Assembly (NCBI GenBank): GCA_963743635.1
Contig: CAVUQO010000003.1
Location: 224,001 to 288,000, forward strand
Direction of reading: 5' to 3'
Source: Candidatus Babeliales bacterium
GTDB taxonomy: Bacteria > Babelota > Babeliae > Babelales > Vermiphilaceae
Length of the DNA stretch: 64,000 bases
Part shown: positions 21,838 through 32,491 of the stretch, piece by piece
Layout: each line of letters opens with the position of its first letter
Numbering within the stretch: the stretch's first letter is position 1
Translations under genes and position numbers: made by a program
The notes under the pieces: generated by a model
Databases searched by the model: none
Told to the model about the DNA's origin: nothing
The model's input: only the letters and a program-made list of their open reading frames with translations

Positions 21838-23205
21838 TTAACATGAGGTATTAACTGTCACACTCGCGCTAGCAGATTGATTGCCACTTGCATCCACTGA
21901 AACAATGTAATAACTATAGATAATATTCGGTTGGCGATTGTGATCATAAAATTCGAGCGAGGTTGATGAGCCTGCAAGATCAGTTAACGCTGCATCGCGA
22001 TAGATGTTATACGCAGCCGGAGATCCGCTTGCCGGCGCAGACCACGTGATATTATTAATGTAATCAGTTTGGAGTAAGAACACATTCTTAGTTTTGCAAC
22101 CGGATATTGAGTTTGGCGGTAGTATCGAGGTGATTAACAAGATACTGACGCTGCCATTACCGCTACCGCCGGTAGTATTGGTGATATAACCTGTTGATCC
22201 ATCGGGTGTGATTGCCATAGCAAAAGGAGTGTTGAGCGTCATGAGCGGATCCAGAACGTCCACAACGGTGGCATTAGTTGCAGTATCGATAATTGTTACA
22301 GAATCGGCTCTAGGATTCAGAGCATAAAGCGCCTTGCCATCGGGGGTTATTGCAAGATACGTAGGTCCATTGAGCAAAGATAAGGTATCGGTGACATTTG
22401 CGGGCGATGCAATGCTATCAGTTGCAACATCAATTATCGATATTTGACTCGTACTGTTTTGGGGTACATAAGCTGTTGTGCCATCTGGAGTAATCAGAAT
22501 GTCATTAGGATTATAGAATAATCCACTTACATACTGTGTGACGGTATCAGAGATTGCGTTAATGACGTTAATAGTACTGTCAAAGCCACTAGCATTAGTT
22601 ACGTAGGCTTTTGTACCGTCTGGAGTAAATGCAATCCATGTAGGAGCGGTGAAAGGATATAAAATATTGGCGGTAACCAGTCCAGTCACGGTATTGTATG
22701 AAGGGCTTGTTGGATCAGTGTCAATAATACTGACGCTAGGTCCAGATTGATTAGCAACGTATGCCTTCTTGCCATTTGGTGCCATGGTTATGCCGGTGGG
22801 CAGGTTAAAGCTAGAATCGGTAACAGCGCCGGTGACCGTATGTGTTGGAACATCGATAATCCAGACTTTGTGGTTGCTGCGGTCAGTGACGTATGCTCTG
22901 CTGCTATCAGGGCTGAAGGCGGTATCGCGGAGTAACCCAAATAAATAGTCAGTGATAACGGCTGTTACTTGAGCAGGACTTTGTGTAAGGTCGATAACGC
23001 TGATCGTATTAGAGGAAGGATTTGTGTTAATGACATATGCCCAATGTCCGTCGGGAGAGATGGTGATACCGTTCGGGCTATTAAAGGAGGCTGTAGGATC
23101 ATCTACCGTGCCAATTATAGTATTGGGTGCGGTTCCACGCAGACCAGATATCATACATAGTGATGCGCAAATGAGATATAGATTCCGCAAATTCATTCTT
23201 AACAT
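21838..23205 (-). CDS. YVTN/YncE-type beta-propeller repeat protein with C-terminal FN3-like domain
   Basis: Repeated P..IA.TPDG..AYVTN..S..VSIID; TWSAP...YNIYRD...YSYYIVSVD. Start reassigned to ATG 23205, which has AAGGAG upstream. Confidence 0.88.
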   Translation of the reverse strand: MLRMNLRNLYLICASLCMISGLRGTAPNTIIGTVDDPTASFNSPNGITISPDGHWAYVINTNPSSNTISVIDLTQSPAQVTAVITDYLFGLLRDTAFSPDSSRAYVTDRSNHKVWIIDVPTHTVTGAVTDSSFNLPTGITMAPNGKKAYVANQSGPSVSIIDTDPTSPSYNTVTGLVTANILYPFTAPTWIAFTPDGTKAYVTNASGFDSTINVINAISDTVTQYVSGLFYNPNDILITPDGTTAYVPQNSTSQISIIDVATDSIASPANVTDTLSLLNGPTYLAITPDGKALYALNPRADSVTIIDTATNATVVDVLDPLMTLNTPFAMAITPDGSTGYITNTTGGSGNGSVSILLITSILPPNSISGCKTKNVFLLQTDYINNITWSAPASGSPAAYNIYRDAALTDLAGSSTSLEFYDHNRQPNIIYSYYIVSVDASGNQSASASVTVNTSC

Positions 23206-23234
23206 GACATTCTCCTTTGATTTTGGATATATTT

Positions 23235-23415
23235 CAGATCTACTACACTTGAGAAGAGTAATCAAGGGCTTCAGCATATCGGTCTTTGAGATAGGTTTCC
23301 CATAATGTTGGGTGCGCATCATTAATCCATGTATCAACCAGTTTGCGAAATTTGGCGGATGTTTTTTTCGTGTGAAAGAGAATGTCTTCTCCCTTTGAAA
23401 CGGCACCATTATAGA
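23235..23415 (-). pseudogene. Duplicated 3' fragment of the sulfotransferase gene
   Basis: High identity to 24909..25089. Confidence 0.85.
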
Positions 23416-23477
23416 AGGATTTAAAATATGTTGATTGCTAATCTACTATAGCGTATTGGGTAAATGCAAGCCTTTAT

Positions 23478-24809
23478 TTAACATGGGGTATTAACTGTCA
23501 CACTCGCGCTAGCAGATTGATTGCCACTTGCATCCACTGAAACAATGTAATAACTATAGATAATATTCGGTTGGCGATTGTGATCATAAAATTCGAGCGA
23601 GGTTGATGAGCCTGCAAGATCAGTTAAGGCTGCATCGCGATAGATGTTATACGCAGCGGGAGAGCCACTTGCCGGCGCCGTCCACGTGAGTTTGTTGATG
23701 TAATCCGTTTGCAGCAGGAATACATTCTTAGTTTTACAACCGCTGACATTAGTTGGAGAGGAATTTGATGGAGTGATTGCAAGAGCAAATGGTTCAATTC
23801 CCACGGGGATTGATGTTTTGAAAGTTGGGACTAGTGCATTTGAGGTATTAATGACGTTAACCATGCCATTAGTTTCAAAGTCAGCTACATATAATGAGTT
23901 GCCATCAGATGTCAGCGCGATAGTAACTGGGTTAATAATAGAGGCGTCTGTAATAACGGTTCCCATCACGGGTGATGCAGGATTGGAAATATTAAGAGTG
24001 CCGATAGCATAAGCCATATAATCCGAGTTTGCGCTTGCAACGTACATAGTTTTACCATCGGAAGTAATGGCTAGGCCAGTGGGTCTAAAGTAGGGTTCGG
24101 GAGTTGACGGAATGACTTGTGTCGGTAAAGGCATAAGCCGGTTTGATCCTGCTATGTTATATTGTTGAATCATATTGCTGTCCGATTCACTTACATAGAG
24201 ATAGGTATTGTCAGGAGATATTGCCATGAAGCCAACGCTACTCAACGTCAGTTCTGGTTGGAGTGTCGGTGGATTAGTCGTTAAATCTACCGGTAGAACT
24301 TTATTGCCACCATTTGTTATATATGCAGTCTTACCATCGGGGGTTATGAATATCAAGAATGGTTCAAATGCGCCGCTTACGGTAGAAACGACCGCTTGTG
24401 TCGCGGTGTTAAATTGTGTGATATATCCCGTATCATATCCTGAATCATAGCTTATTACATAGGCATAAGTGCCATCAGGACTCATGGCAACCCCGTTGCC
24501 TTGCTGGCTTCCGAGAGAGATTGGGCTCAATAGAGTATTGGTTGCAACATCGATGAGTTGCACGCTGCCGTTGCAAGGTACCCATACCGTTTTGCCATCG
24601 GTGGTTATTGCGATTTGAACTTGTAGTTGATTTGATCCTAGATCTATAGTCTTGATAACCTCATTGGTGGCAGCATCAATAACTGAAACGCTATTTGATC
24701 CACCATTTGCAACGTATACAAAGGGTGCGCTCTGCAAAATATGAGTACTCAGCATTAGGCATATAAAAAATGCAGTGCGTTGGATGGTATTAAGAATGGT
24801 GTATTTCAT
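23478..24809 (-). CDS. YVTN/YncE-type beta-propeller repeat protein with C-terminal FN3-like domain (paralog)
   Basis: YVAN.GSNSVSVID repeats; C-terminal 90 or so aa nearly identical to 21838..23205. Start at ATG 24809 with AAGGAG upstream. Confidence 0.88.
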   Translation of the reverse strand: MKYTILNTIQRTAFFICLMLSTHILQSAPFVYVANGGSNSVSVIDAATNEVIKTIDLGSNQLQVQIAITTDGKTVWVPCNGSVQLIDVATNTLLSPISLGSQQGNGVAMSPDGTYAYVISYDSGYDTGYITQFNTATQAVVSTVSGAFEPFLIFITPDGKTAYITNGGNKVLPVDLTTNPPTLQPELTLSSVGFMAISPDNTYLYVSESDSNMIQQYNIAGSNRLMPLPTQVIPSTPEPYFRPTGLAITSDGKTMYVASANSDYMAYAIGTLNISNPASPVMGTVITDASIINPVTIALTSDGNSLYVADFETNGMVNVINTSNALVPTFKTSIPVGIEPFALAITPSNSSPTNVSGCKTKNVFLLQTDYINKLTWTAPASGSPAAYNIYRDAALTDLAGSSTSLEFYDHNRQPNIIYSYYIVSVDASGNQSASASVTVNTPC

Positions 24810-24916
24810 AAATTCTCCTTTTTTAGCGATGAATTGCGGGTTTAAGATACAAACTCCTGAAATAGTTTGATTGTCGTTTCGTTCTCCTAATGTATAAATT
24901 TGATATCTCAGATCTA

Positions 24917-25756
24917 CTATATTTGAGAACAGCAATCAAGGGTTTCAGCATATCGGTCTTTCAGATAGGTTTCCCATAATGTTGGATACGCATCACTAAT
25001 CCATGTGTCAACCAGTTTGCGAAATTTGGCGGATGTTTTTTTCGCGTGAAATAGAATATCTTCTCCTTTTGAAACGGCACCATTATAGAGTGTAAGGCAT
25101 GCATTCCTATGATGTTCATAATCGCGCATAAACTCATCGAGTGGCATCGATGATTCATGCAGAAATGCGAGAATGGTTTCGAGTGTTTCGCGTGGCTTTG
25201 TTATGAAATCTTCATAATAGATGAGTAATCGTTTATCTTTTGGCCATGATTCAAACAATACAAGGTTTTCAAAATAAGTCTGCACCGCATAACCCTTGCC
25301 GACAGTATGATCGCGTAGCATCGATTGCCAACTATTGTATTTGTGTCGCGCAAAGGTCTCTTTTGGATTGCGCAGCAGAAGTATGAGTATATCTATATCT
25401 GGATTGGCAGGATGTATCTGCGCATCATTGCCTATGATTTCATATTGAGTATGTATTTTTTGAATGGGCGCTTTATCAACATCAAGCGCAAAGCCGGCGG
25501 TCCATCCAAGCGGGCGTTGGATTTCATAATAAAGGCCCGTGTGGCTAAAACTTGGCCGTTGCGTGAGAAACTCCAAGCAGTAGCGTAACCACGTGTTTCC
25601 GGAACGGGGAAATGATAACAAAAAGGTGCGTGGTCCTTGATATGCGCAGATGGCATCGAGCATGTGTTGGTGCTCGGGATCCGGTCGTTTTGCCTGCATA
25701 CAAAGTGCGAGATTGAGCGCGAATAGTAATAATGAGGCATATTTTGGATATGGCAT
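24917..25756 (-). CDS. Sulfotransferase domain protein with signal-like N-terminus
   Basis: SFPRSGNTW (5'-PSB loop), LLRNPKE (3'-PB motif), YYEDF...P. Confidence 0.85.
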   Translation of the reverse strand: MPYPKYASLLLFALNLALCMQAKRPDPEHQHMLDAICAYQGPRTFLLSFPRSGNTWLRYCLEFLTQRPSFSHTGLYYEIQRPLGWTAGFALDVDKAPIQKIHTQYEIIGNDAQIHPANPDIDILILLLRNPKETFARHKYNSWQSMLRDHTVGKGYAVQTYFENLVLFESWPKDKRLLIYYEDFITKPRETLETILAFLHESSMPLDEFMRDYEHHRNACLTLYNGAVSKGEDILFHAKKTSAKFRKLVDTWISDAYPTLWETYLKDRYAETLDCCSQI

Positions 25757-25919
25757 TAAACCTCCTTTGATTATTAATCTTCTTTTTTGAGGCTATTCTA
25801 GCATGGGCAAGGGGTAAATAATACTTTTCTTGGTCTTTTACGTTTTATACATATGAGGTATACTGAAAGGCGTTAAATAGTATGTTTTAATCCATTATCG
25901 TTGAACTCTAGGATTACGT

Positions 25920-26789
25920 ATGCAAAAAAGAATACATTACACTCTGATACTATGTTTTGTTATAACCTTAGGGTTAGTGAATATGTCGTGTAGTCGTGCG
26001 ACTGAACCAGCTTTTCACCATAATGGTGTGCCGACCAAACAATTGAACGCCGTCTTTACCGATTTGGGCGTTTCAGTTGATTCATTAGAACAAGCAAATG
26101 AGTTTGCACAGAAAAATTTGTTGCGTTCAGGTGAGCGCTGGGATGTGCAAGAGGATAATGAATTGCACACACGTATGCGTGATAATCAAGCCGCTTTGAT
26201 TGATGATGTGCGCGCATTTGGGATGATTGATGCGACAATCCCAACTAAAAAAGTGTATACCTATGCATTACTCATGGGCGCAACAACCGGTCGTGTTACG
26301 CAGCGTCTTGAGCATTTGGTAGATCTTATTAAAGATGGATACACTTTCAAATATATCGCGTTACTCGGCGGTGAACGCCCATTGCGTGATGTAGAAAAAG
26401 AAGGATTACCAGAAACGGTTACCACTGAAGCACAGATGATGGAATATGTATGTAGCCGATATCCAGAGCTTGCTGACTACAACGTTATTCTGGTCAATGC
26501 GCCGATGATTCAAAAACCAGATGGCACTTTCGCTCGACCAACTACCGATAACACGTTGGTATATTTTGCTGAAATTGCCCCAGAAGATGGATCATGCTTG
26601 GTGATATCAAATAATCCATACACCGTACGCCAGACCAAAGTTACGCAACGTATTCTTGATCAGTCTCGATTCCCAACGCAGGGCGCAGGGCCAGCGCTCA
26701 GCATAGACAAAGTTGGCATCATTATGCTGATGGACGAATTCGCACGTACTCTTTACGAAGAAAATCTTCGATTCAAATCAGGTAAGTAA
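25920..26789 (+). CDS. Exported protein of unknown function, possibly DUF218/ElyC-like fold
   Basis: Signal peptide; YALLMGA, LLGGERPL, TEAQMM, RPTT, ISNNPY..RQ motifs. Family assignment is tentative. Confidence 0.6.
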   Translation: MQKRIHYTLILCFVITLGLVNMSCSRATEPAFHHNGVPTKQLNAVFTDLGVSVDSLEQANEFAQKNLLRSGERWDVQEDNELHTRMRDNQAALIDDVRAFGMIDATIPTKKVYTYALLMGATTGRVTQRLEHLVDLIKDGYTFKYIALLGGERPLRDVEKEGLPETVTTEAQMMEYVCSRYPELADYNVILVNAPMIQKPDGTFARPTTDNTLVYFAEIAPEDGSCLVISNNPYTVRQTKVTQRILDQSRFPTQGAGPALSIDKVGIIMLMDEFARTLYEENLRFKSGK

Positions 26790-26814
26790 TTAAGATACTA
26801 CAATATGTATAGAT

Positions 26815-26847
26815 GCCGGTGATGAGTTTTTATCACCGGCGTTTTTT
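26815..26847 (+). terminator. Intrinsic terminator
   Basis: GCCGGTGAT...ATCACCGGC followed by G and T6. Confidence 0.75.
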
Positions 26848-26904
26848 ATTCTACTTCGCGAAAAGCTCAGACACAAGAAAATGAACATAGTTGAAGTAGA
26901 ATAA

Positions 26905-26961
26905 CCCGGCGTAGCAAAATACTTCCTGAGGTATAACTTCGAAGCATTAGCGAAGCCTGGG
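26905..26961 (-). repeat. Family-B REP-like element with internal insert
   Basis: CCCGGCGTAGC...GCGAAGCCTGGG resembles TCCGACGTAGCCTCGGCGAAGACGGA at 50136-50161. Confidence 0.55.
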
Positions 26962-27007
26962 TCAAATTAATTCTGCGCGATACAACGGTTTTAACCCGTT
27001 GAGTGCT

Positions 27008-28201
27008 TCATACGCGCCGTTGCATCATGCCGAATATAAAAAGCATAGTCATCGCGGTGAGGCTTAAGGCAATCGCGTATGCAAAGCCAACTAATGGTGA
27101 ATAACGAGTCCATAAAAATCCAATCACCGAACTTGAAGCGAGCGCAGCAAAACCCTCGCTTGCTTGTAACGCTCCATATCCCAAACCTCTAATTTCAGCG
27201 GGCAGCATATCGGCCGCACATGCTTTTTTGAGTGTCATTACCGCTGCAGCACTAATTCCCGCCAATCCAAAAATAATAGAGCAATAAAGAAATGAAGCGT
27301 GTGAAGCAAGGAGCATGAATGCAGCTCCAGCAAATACGCCGCATCCACATACTGCGAGTAAGAATATGCGATTAATATAGTCGCTCAAAGAGCCGATGAT
27401 TACTTCGCTCAGTGCACGTATAAGGTTGAATATGGCGTATAACAGCACGAGAAATTGTGCAACGCGGCTTGGATCCATGGTTAACATGTCATGAGCGCGC
27501 GCCAGCAGCAGGAGCTTATTGAAGCAACTCAAATCGAAGATGGTTGCGATGGCTAAAAATAATTTAAATGAACGTGGCAGCATAAGAAAATCTTGCCATA
27601 GCGTGGGAGAAACTGTTGATTGTTTTTTTGGTGTAATAATATCTTGCGTAAAGAATAATATGGCAAAGACGGCCAGTATGCCAGGGATAAATGAAAGTAT
27701 AAAAATTTCCTGCATGGAGAGTATACCCAAGCATACGAATGTAACAAGAGGGCCTACGAGCGATCCGAGCGTATCCATTGCGCGTTGCAATCCAAAGGCC
27801 CGGCCATAATGTTCTGGTTCAACAATGGTAGCAATGAGCGCATCACGGGGTGGCTCGCGCAGCCCGCTGCCGGCAAATGAGAGCATTCGATACATCAAGA
27901 TACCCCAAAGCGAATGGGCAAAGCCTATGAGTGTTGAAAAGATAGCCGATAGCGCATAGCCAATCATGATTAATGGTTTTTTTCGTGATAAGCGGTCACT
28001 TAAGAATCCTGCAGTCAGCCGCAAAAAGCTGGCGAAGGCATCAGAAATGCTGGCAATGATGCCCAAGAAAAGCGGAGCTTGTGTGTGGCCAACAAACTGG
28101 GCAATCAGAATAGGAATGAGAGAAATGGTCATTTCATGACTAAAATCACATAAAAAGCTCGCAAGTCCAAAGCCGAATACTTTTTTAATCCATGTTTTCA
28201 T
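27008..28201 (-). CDS. MFS transporter
   Basis: About 12 TM helices, GFLSDRLSRKK motif A, GRAFG..RAMD..G...GP. Confidence 0.93.
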   Translation of the reverse strand: MKTWIKKVFGFGLASFLCDFSHEMTISLIPILIAQFVGHTQAPLFLGIIASISDAFASFLRLTAGFLSDRLSRKKPLIMIGYALSAIFSTLIGFAHSLWGILMYRMLSFAGSGLREPPRDALIATIVEPEHYGRAFGLQRAMDTLGSLVGPLVTFVCLGILSMQEIFILSFIPGILAVFAILFFTQDIITPKKQSTVSPTLWQDFLMLPRSFKLFLAIATIFDLSCFNKLLLLARAHDMLTMDPSRVAQFLVLLYAIFNLIRALSEVIIGSLSDYINRIFLLAVCGCGVFAGAAFMLLASHASFLYCSIIFGLAGISAAAVMTLKKACAADMLPAEIRGLGYGALQASEGFAALASSSVIGFLWTRYSPLVGFAYAIALSLTAMTMLFIFGMMQRRV

Positions 28202-28483
28202 AGGGCCATCCAGGGAAAGGGTCTTTTACTCTGTCTACCATCTTTGGGCTTTTGAGTTCAATATTATTTGATTATCCCTGTAATAGGGAGGCTGGGATAT
28301 CGTTTTTGAGGACATGGGGCAGTAAAAAGCCTTGAGTGTAGGGCTTTATCGTGTTAAGCTGGGTTTTGTATGGGTTGAAACCCAAAGTCTAGTATTCCTC
28401 CAGCATTTTACGGTACTATTTCATAGAAAAACAGGGGTATTTTCCCTGGAAATATATTATTTTTATATCTTTTAGGATAACGT

Positions 28484-29857
28484 TTGAATAAAAAAAATAA
28501 CTATAGCTCATCCGTCTTCGCCAAGGCTTCGTCGGACAGGTCAAGAGACGGCGGCCAACGCCGCGACGGTGATTCTCGCAGAGATGGCGATCGCTCAAGC
28601 AGGGATGGCGCTTCAAGACGCAGTAGTGGCTCCGGATTTTCGGATAAACCTCGACGCAGCAGTGGTGGTCCGCAACGTGGCGGCCCTCGTCGTGATGGTG
28701 AATCATCAGCTCCCATGCGTTCTCGCCAGCAAGGACGCGCAAAAAGACAAGCAGATAAAAAATTCGATCCTTCTCTTTTTATTAAAAAAGTAGAAGAGCA
28801 AATATCAGAGCCGGTTTATATTCCTAAAAATATGTTTTCTGATTTTATGATCGAAGATCAAATCAAGAAAAATATTGAGCATAAAGGATATAAGGCGCCG
28901 ACGCCCATTCAAGATGCAGTTATTCCGTTGCTCTTAGAAGGTAAGGATGTCATTGCTACGGCAAATACCGGTACTGGTAAAACCGCAGCATTTTTGATTC
29001 CACTTATTCATAACATACTCACTAAAAAAATATCACGCGTTTTGATTATTGCGCCAACCAGAGAGTTAGCAGATCAAATTAACGCTGAACTTATTGAATT
29101 CAAAACAAAGACCGGTATTCTCTCAACGCTCTGCATTGGCGGCGCCAGCATGAGCATGCAAATCAGAGATCTTAAAAAGAATCCTCAGTTTGTGATCGGT
29201 ACACCAGGACGATTAATCGATTTAGAACGCAATGGCATGCTGCGCTTTAGCGCATTTGATGGTATCGTGCTTGATGAAGTTGACACCATGCTTGATATGG
29301 GTTTCATTAACGATATTCAATATATCAGCAAGAAATTGCCTGAAAAACGTCATTCGCTCTTTTTCTCTGCAACGATTCCCGCCGCAATGAATGATCTTAT
29401 GAAACGATTCTTGCATAACCCGGTGAGCGTGAGCGTTAAGACGCGCCAATCTTCAGGGAATGTGAATCAGGATATTATCAGAGTAGCAAAAGAGAAGAAG
29501 GTTGAGTTGCTTCACGATCTTTTAATCAAGCCGGAATTCAAGCGCGTTATTGTGTTTATGAGAACGAAACGTTCTGCTGATAAACTATCAAAGATATTGC
29601 GCGAACGCGGTTTTGAAGTTGCTTCAATTCACGGCGATAAAACCCAAGGTCAACGCAAGAAGGCGTTATCATTATTCAAAGATGGTACTGTGAACATTCT
29701 GCTCGCGACTGACGTGGTTGCTCGTGGTATTGATATTGATGATGTATCGCACGTGATCAACTTTGATCTGCCACAATCTTATGAAGATTACATTCATAGA
29801 ATTGGCAGAACTGGCCGTGCTGATAAGATCGGTCAGGCAATTACCTTTATCGAGTAA
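28484..29857 (+). CDS. DEAD-box RNA helicase with Arg/Gly/Ser-rich N-extension
   Basis: Q motif (PTPIQ), TGTGKT, PTRELA, TPGR, DEVD, SAT, ARGID, HRIGRTGR; TTG start. Confidence 0.95.
   Translation: MNKKNNYSSSVFAKASSDRSRDGGQRRDGDSRRDGDRSSRDGASRRSSGSGFSDKPRRSSGGPQRGGPRRDGESSAPMRSRQQGRAKRQADKKFDPSLFIKKVEEQISEPVYIPKNMFSDFMIEDQIKKNIEHKGYKAPTPIQDAVIPLLLEGKDVIATANTGTGKTAAFLIPLIHNILTKKISRVLIIAPTRELADQINAELIEFKTKTGILSTLCIGGASMSMQIRDLKKNPQFVIGTPGRLIDLERNGMLRFSAFDGIVLDEVDTMLDMGFINDIQYISKKLPEKRHSLFFSATIPAAMNDLMKRFLHNPVSVSVKTRQSSGNVNQDIIRVAKEKKVELLHDLLIKPEFKRVIVFMRTKRSADKLSKILRERGFEVASIHGDKTQGQRKKALSLFKDGTVNILLATDVVARGIDIDDVSHVINFDLPQSYEDYIHRIGRTGRADKIGQAITFIE
28511..28540 (+). repeat. Family-B REP-like palindrome within the helicase ORF
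   Basis: TCCGTCTTCGCCAAGGCTTCGTCGGACAGG; 28/30 identical to the reverse complement of 50132-50161. Confidence 0.85.
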
Positions 29858-29880
29858 TTGGCAGCTATTTTTCAGATATT

Positions 29881-29909
29881 AAGGCCCATCGCAAGATGGG
29901 CCTTTTTTT
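29881..29909 (+). terminator. Intrinsic terminator (near-copy at 32393-32418)
   Basis: AAGGCCCATC-GCAA-GATGGGCCTT plus T-run. Confidence 0.8.
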
Positions 29910-30076
29910 ATGTCCCCTAACTTGGCCTTTTAAATGCAGGTTTGGCGGCTATATGGGCACATTCCATTTGTAAATTTTTCATAGATTGCCTACCTTTTGT
30001 TATTTATTTTTATTACGGCATATTGAAAGAATAAGTAAAAATCTTTTAGGGACAAAAGATATATAGGGGGCCCACA

Positions 30077-31210
30077 ATGGTGGTTCGTAGATCTATTCTG
30101 TTTATAGCTGTTTTCCTGGGTTCGCTGAACCTGAACGTGTCGGCTGACGAGGCGATGGATTCACTGTGCGTTCGCCAGGATGAGATCTCATTGCGCCTCG
30201 ATAAGATTTTGCAACGAGCTGAAAATGAAGGCTGGAGTGATACGCAGCTTATTACTTTTTTGATGCCTATTGCTCATGGAATCTGGGCTGAGCATCATGA
30301 AAAACGGGATGAGCCGTATAAGAAGCGGCGTGATGATACTGAGCATTTTGCAAATCGTGTCGACGCTACTGAGGTGGTGAAAGCGAAAATTACTGAAATC
30401 ATGAAAGCAGACAAATTTTATAGTGGCTATAACCCTGATGAAGTGTCGGTAGTTGATATGCTGGGGCGTGATGTCGCTATCCTTTCTTCTTTAAAAAGCT
30501 GCGCAATTTATATATATCCCGGGGCTCCAGTAGATAGTCCCTGTCGCCGCCAACGTTTTCCAAAAGCAAAAGCGATACTGATGTTTGATCCCTATAGATT
30601 TTCAACGCAGGCTGAGTTGGAATCCTGTGTAGGGCATGAACTTGCTCATATGACTCAGGTCCGGCGAGGCGTATATCGCGTTGATGATCCAGTGTTCAGA
30701 TTTTATACAGAGATCGATGCTGATATTAGAAATATCTGTAAGCAAAAAAAGAATGGTATGTGGACATTGCGGGAAAATGGTGGGCAGATCATAGATGATT
30801 TTTGTGCATATTTAAACCGATATAACGAGCAAGTAAAAGATCATGTGAAAAATCAGTTAATCACTGGCCTTGAAGGTTCAAAAAAGAGAGCGGTAGAGAT
30901 TGTGGTAAATTATTGGAACAACTGGTACGACAACAAGTGCATGCGTGATGCTAATACCCATCCTGCTCCTAAAGTCCGTGAAGCATATATGAAAGAAGTT
31001 GTAGCATTGATCGAACGCTTGGGCGGCTCGATCAGCAATGATGAAATGAATGCCATGATAGCTATTATTGCAGCTCGTGTATGCACGGATAAAGGTTTCA
31101 TGATTACTGATGAATTTTTGCAATTGGTTGATTTGAAAAAGGCGCGCAAATTACCACGCATTGTAGAGCATATGCAAATACCGGTGTTACCAGGAGCAGT
31201 TCGAGTCTGA
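30077..31210 (+). CDS. Secreted HExxH metallopeptidase-like protein (M48-like), paralog 1
   Basis: Signal peptide, VGHELAH, EIDAD, THP....R. Confidence 0.75.
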   Translation: MVVRRSILFIAVFLGSLNLNVSADEAMDSLCVRQDEISLRLDKILQRAENEGWSDTQLITFLMPIAHGIWAEHHEKRDEPYKKRRDDTEHFANRVDATEVVKAKITEIMKADKFYSGYNPDEVSVVDMLGRDVAILSSLKSCAIYIYPGAPVDSPCRRQRFPKAKAILMFDPYRFSTQAELESCVGHELAHMTQVRRGVYRVDDPVFRFYTEIDADIRNICKQKKNGMWTLRENGGQIIDDFCAYLNRYNEQVKDHVKNQLITGLEGSKKRAVEIVVNYWNNWYDNKCMRDANTHPAPKVREAYMKEVVALIERLGGSISNDEMNAMIAIIAARVCTDKGFMITDEFLQLVDLKKARKLPRIVEHMQIPVLPGAVRV

Positions 31211-31277
31211 AAGGGCTGCGTCATCTTGAATGATAAGTAAAAATTTTTTAGGGACAAAAGATATATGGGGGTCCACA

Positions 31278-32360
31278 ATGGTTCGTAAATCTATTCTGTT
31301 AATAGCTGTTTTTCTGGGTTCGCTGAACCTGAGCATGTCGGCCGATGAGGCCATGGATTCACTACGCTTTCAGCGCGATGAGATTTTGCAACGAGCTGAA
31401 AATGAAGGCTGGAGTGATAGGCAGCTGAGTGGGGTATTGTGGCCCGTTGTAAGGGAAATGCTTGCTAAAACTCAAGGTGCGTTTCGTAAGAAAATGCGTG
31501 ATGATAATGAGCATTTTGCCAATCGTATCTATGCTACGGAAGCACTGAAAGCGAAAGTTGTCGAGATTATGCAATCTAACAAATTTTATAGTGGCTATAA
31601 TCCTGATGACGTGGCAGTACTTGATGGAACGGGGTTTGGGGTGCCTGCCGAGTTAAGAGAGGTGGCTAGTTGTGGTATGGCGATAAGTCGCAATCCTCAG
31701 CAATCTCCATTTATTCGGCAACGTTTTCCAAAAGCAAAAGCTTTGATTCTCTTCAATCCTTATACATGTTCAACGCAGGATCAGATGGAGGCTTCGATTG
31801 GGCATGAGCTTGCGCATATGACTCAATTATGGTTGCGTCCATCGATTAATGATCCAGCATTACTTTATTATTCTGAAATAGAAGCTGATATTAGAAATAT
31901 ATGCACTCAAAAAGAGACTGGAATATGGACATTGCGCGAGAATAGCGCGCAATTGATAGATGATTGTTGTGCACACATGTATGAAATTACCAGTATTGAA
32001 GAGGTGAAGCGTCAGTCTGTGATAGGCCTTGAGGATTCACAAAAGACAAAGATGGAGTTTGTATGGAATTGCATTACTACTGTAGCAGATCAAATGCCTG
32101 ACCCACATCCTGCTCCTAAAGTCCGTGAAGCATATATGAGAGAGGTTGCAGCATTGATCAAACGTTTGGGCGGATCGATCAGCAATGATGAAATGAATGC
32201 TATGATAGCTATTATTGCAACTCGTGTATGCATGGATAAAGGTTTCGGTATAACCGATGAATTTGTGCAATTGACTGGTTTAAAAAAGGCGTGCACATCA
32301 CCACGCATCGTGGAGCATATACAATTACCCGCGTCCCCAGCAGCATGCGGCGAGCGGTAA
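31278..32360 (+). CDS. Secreted HExxH metallopeptidase-like protein, paralog 2
   Basis: IGHELAH, EIEAD, PHP; upstream 50 nt duplicated from paralog 1, which places the start at ATG 31278. Confidence 0.75.
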   Translation: MVRKSILLIAVFLGSLNLSMSADEAMDSLRFQRDEILQRAENEGWSDRQLSGVLWPVVREMLAKTQGAFRKKMRDDNEHFANRIYATEALKAKVVEIMQSNKFYSGYNPDDVAVLDGTGFGVPAELREVASCGMAISRNPQQSPFIRQRFPKAKALILFNPYTCSTQDQMEASIGHELAHMTQLWLRPSINDPALLYYSEIEADIRNICTQKETGIWTLRENSAQLIDDCCAHMYEITSIEEVKRQSVIGLEDSQKTKMEFVWNCITTVADQMPDPHPAPKVREAYMREVAALIKRLGGSISNDEMNAMIAIIATRVCMDKGFGITDEFVQLTGLKKACTSPRIVEHIQLPASPAACGER

Positions 32361-32491
32361 AAGCGAATCTACGAAATAGAAATGAAAATATTAAGGCTCA
32401 TCTTACGATGGGCCTTTTCTATGTTCAACCCATCACGCGTAAATGAGCGAATTGTGAAATTCGGGTAACTAAAGATGACTATGTTATTGTA

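Noticed and set aside
23206..23409. 68-aa N-terminal extension of the propeller ORF
   Set aside because: Off-frame reading of the duplicated sulfotransferase fragment; a good SD and signal peptide begin at 23205.
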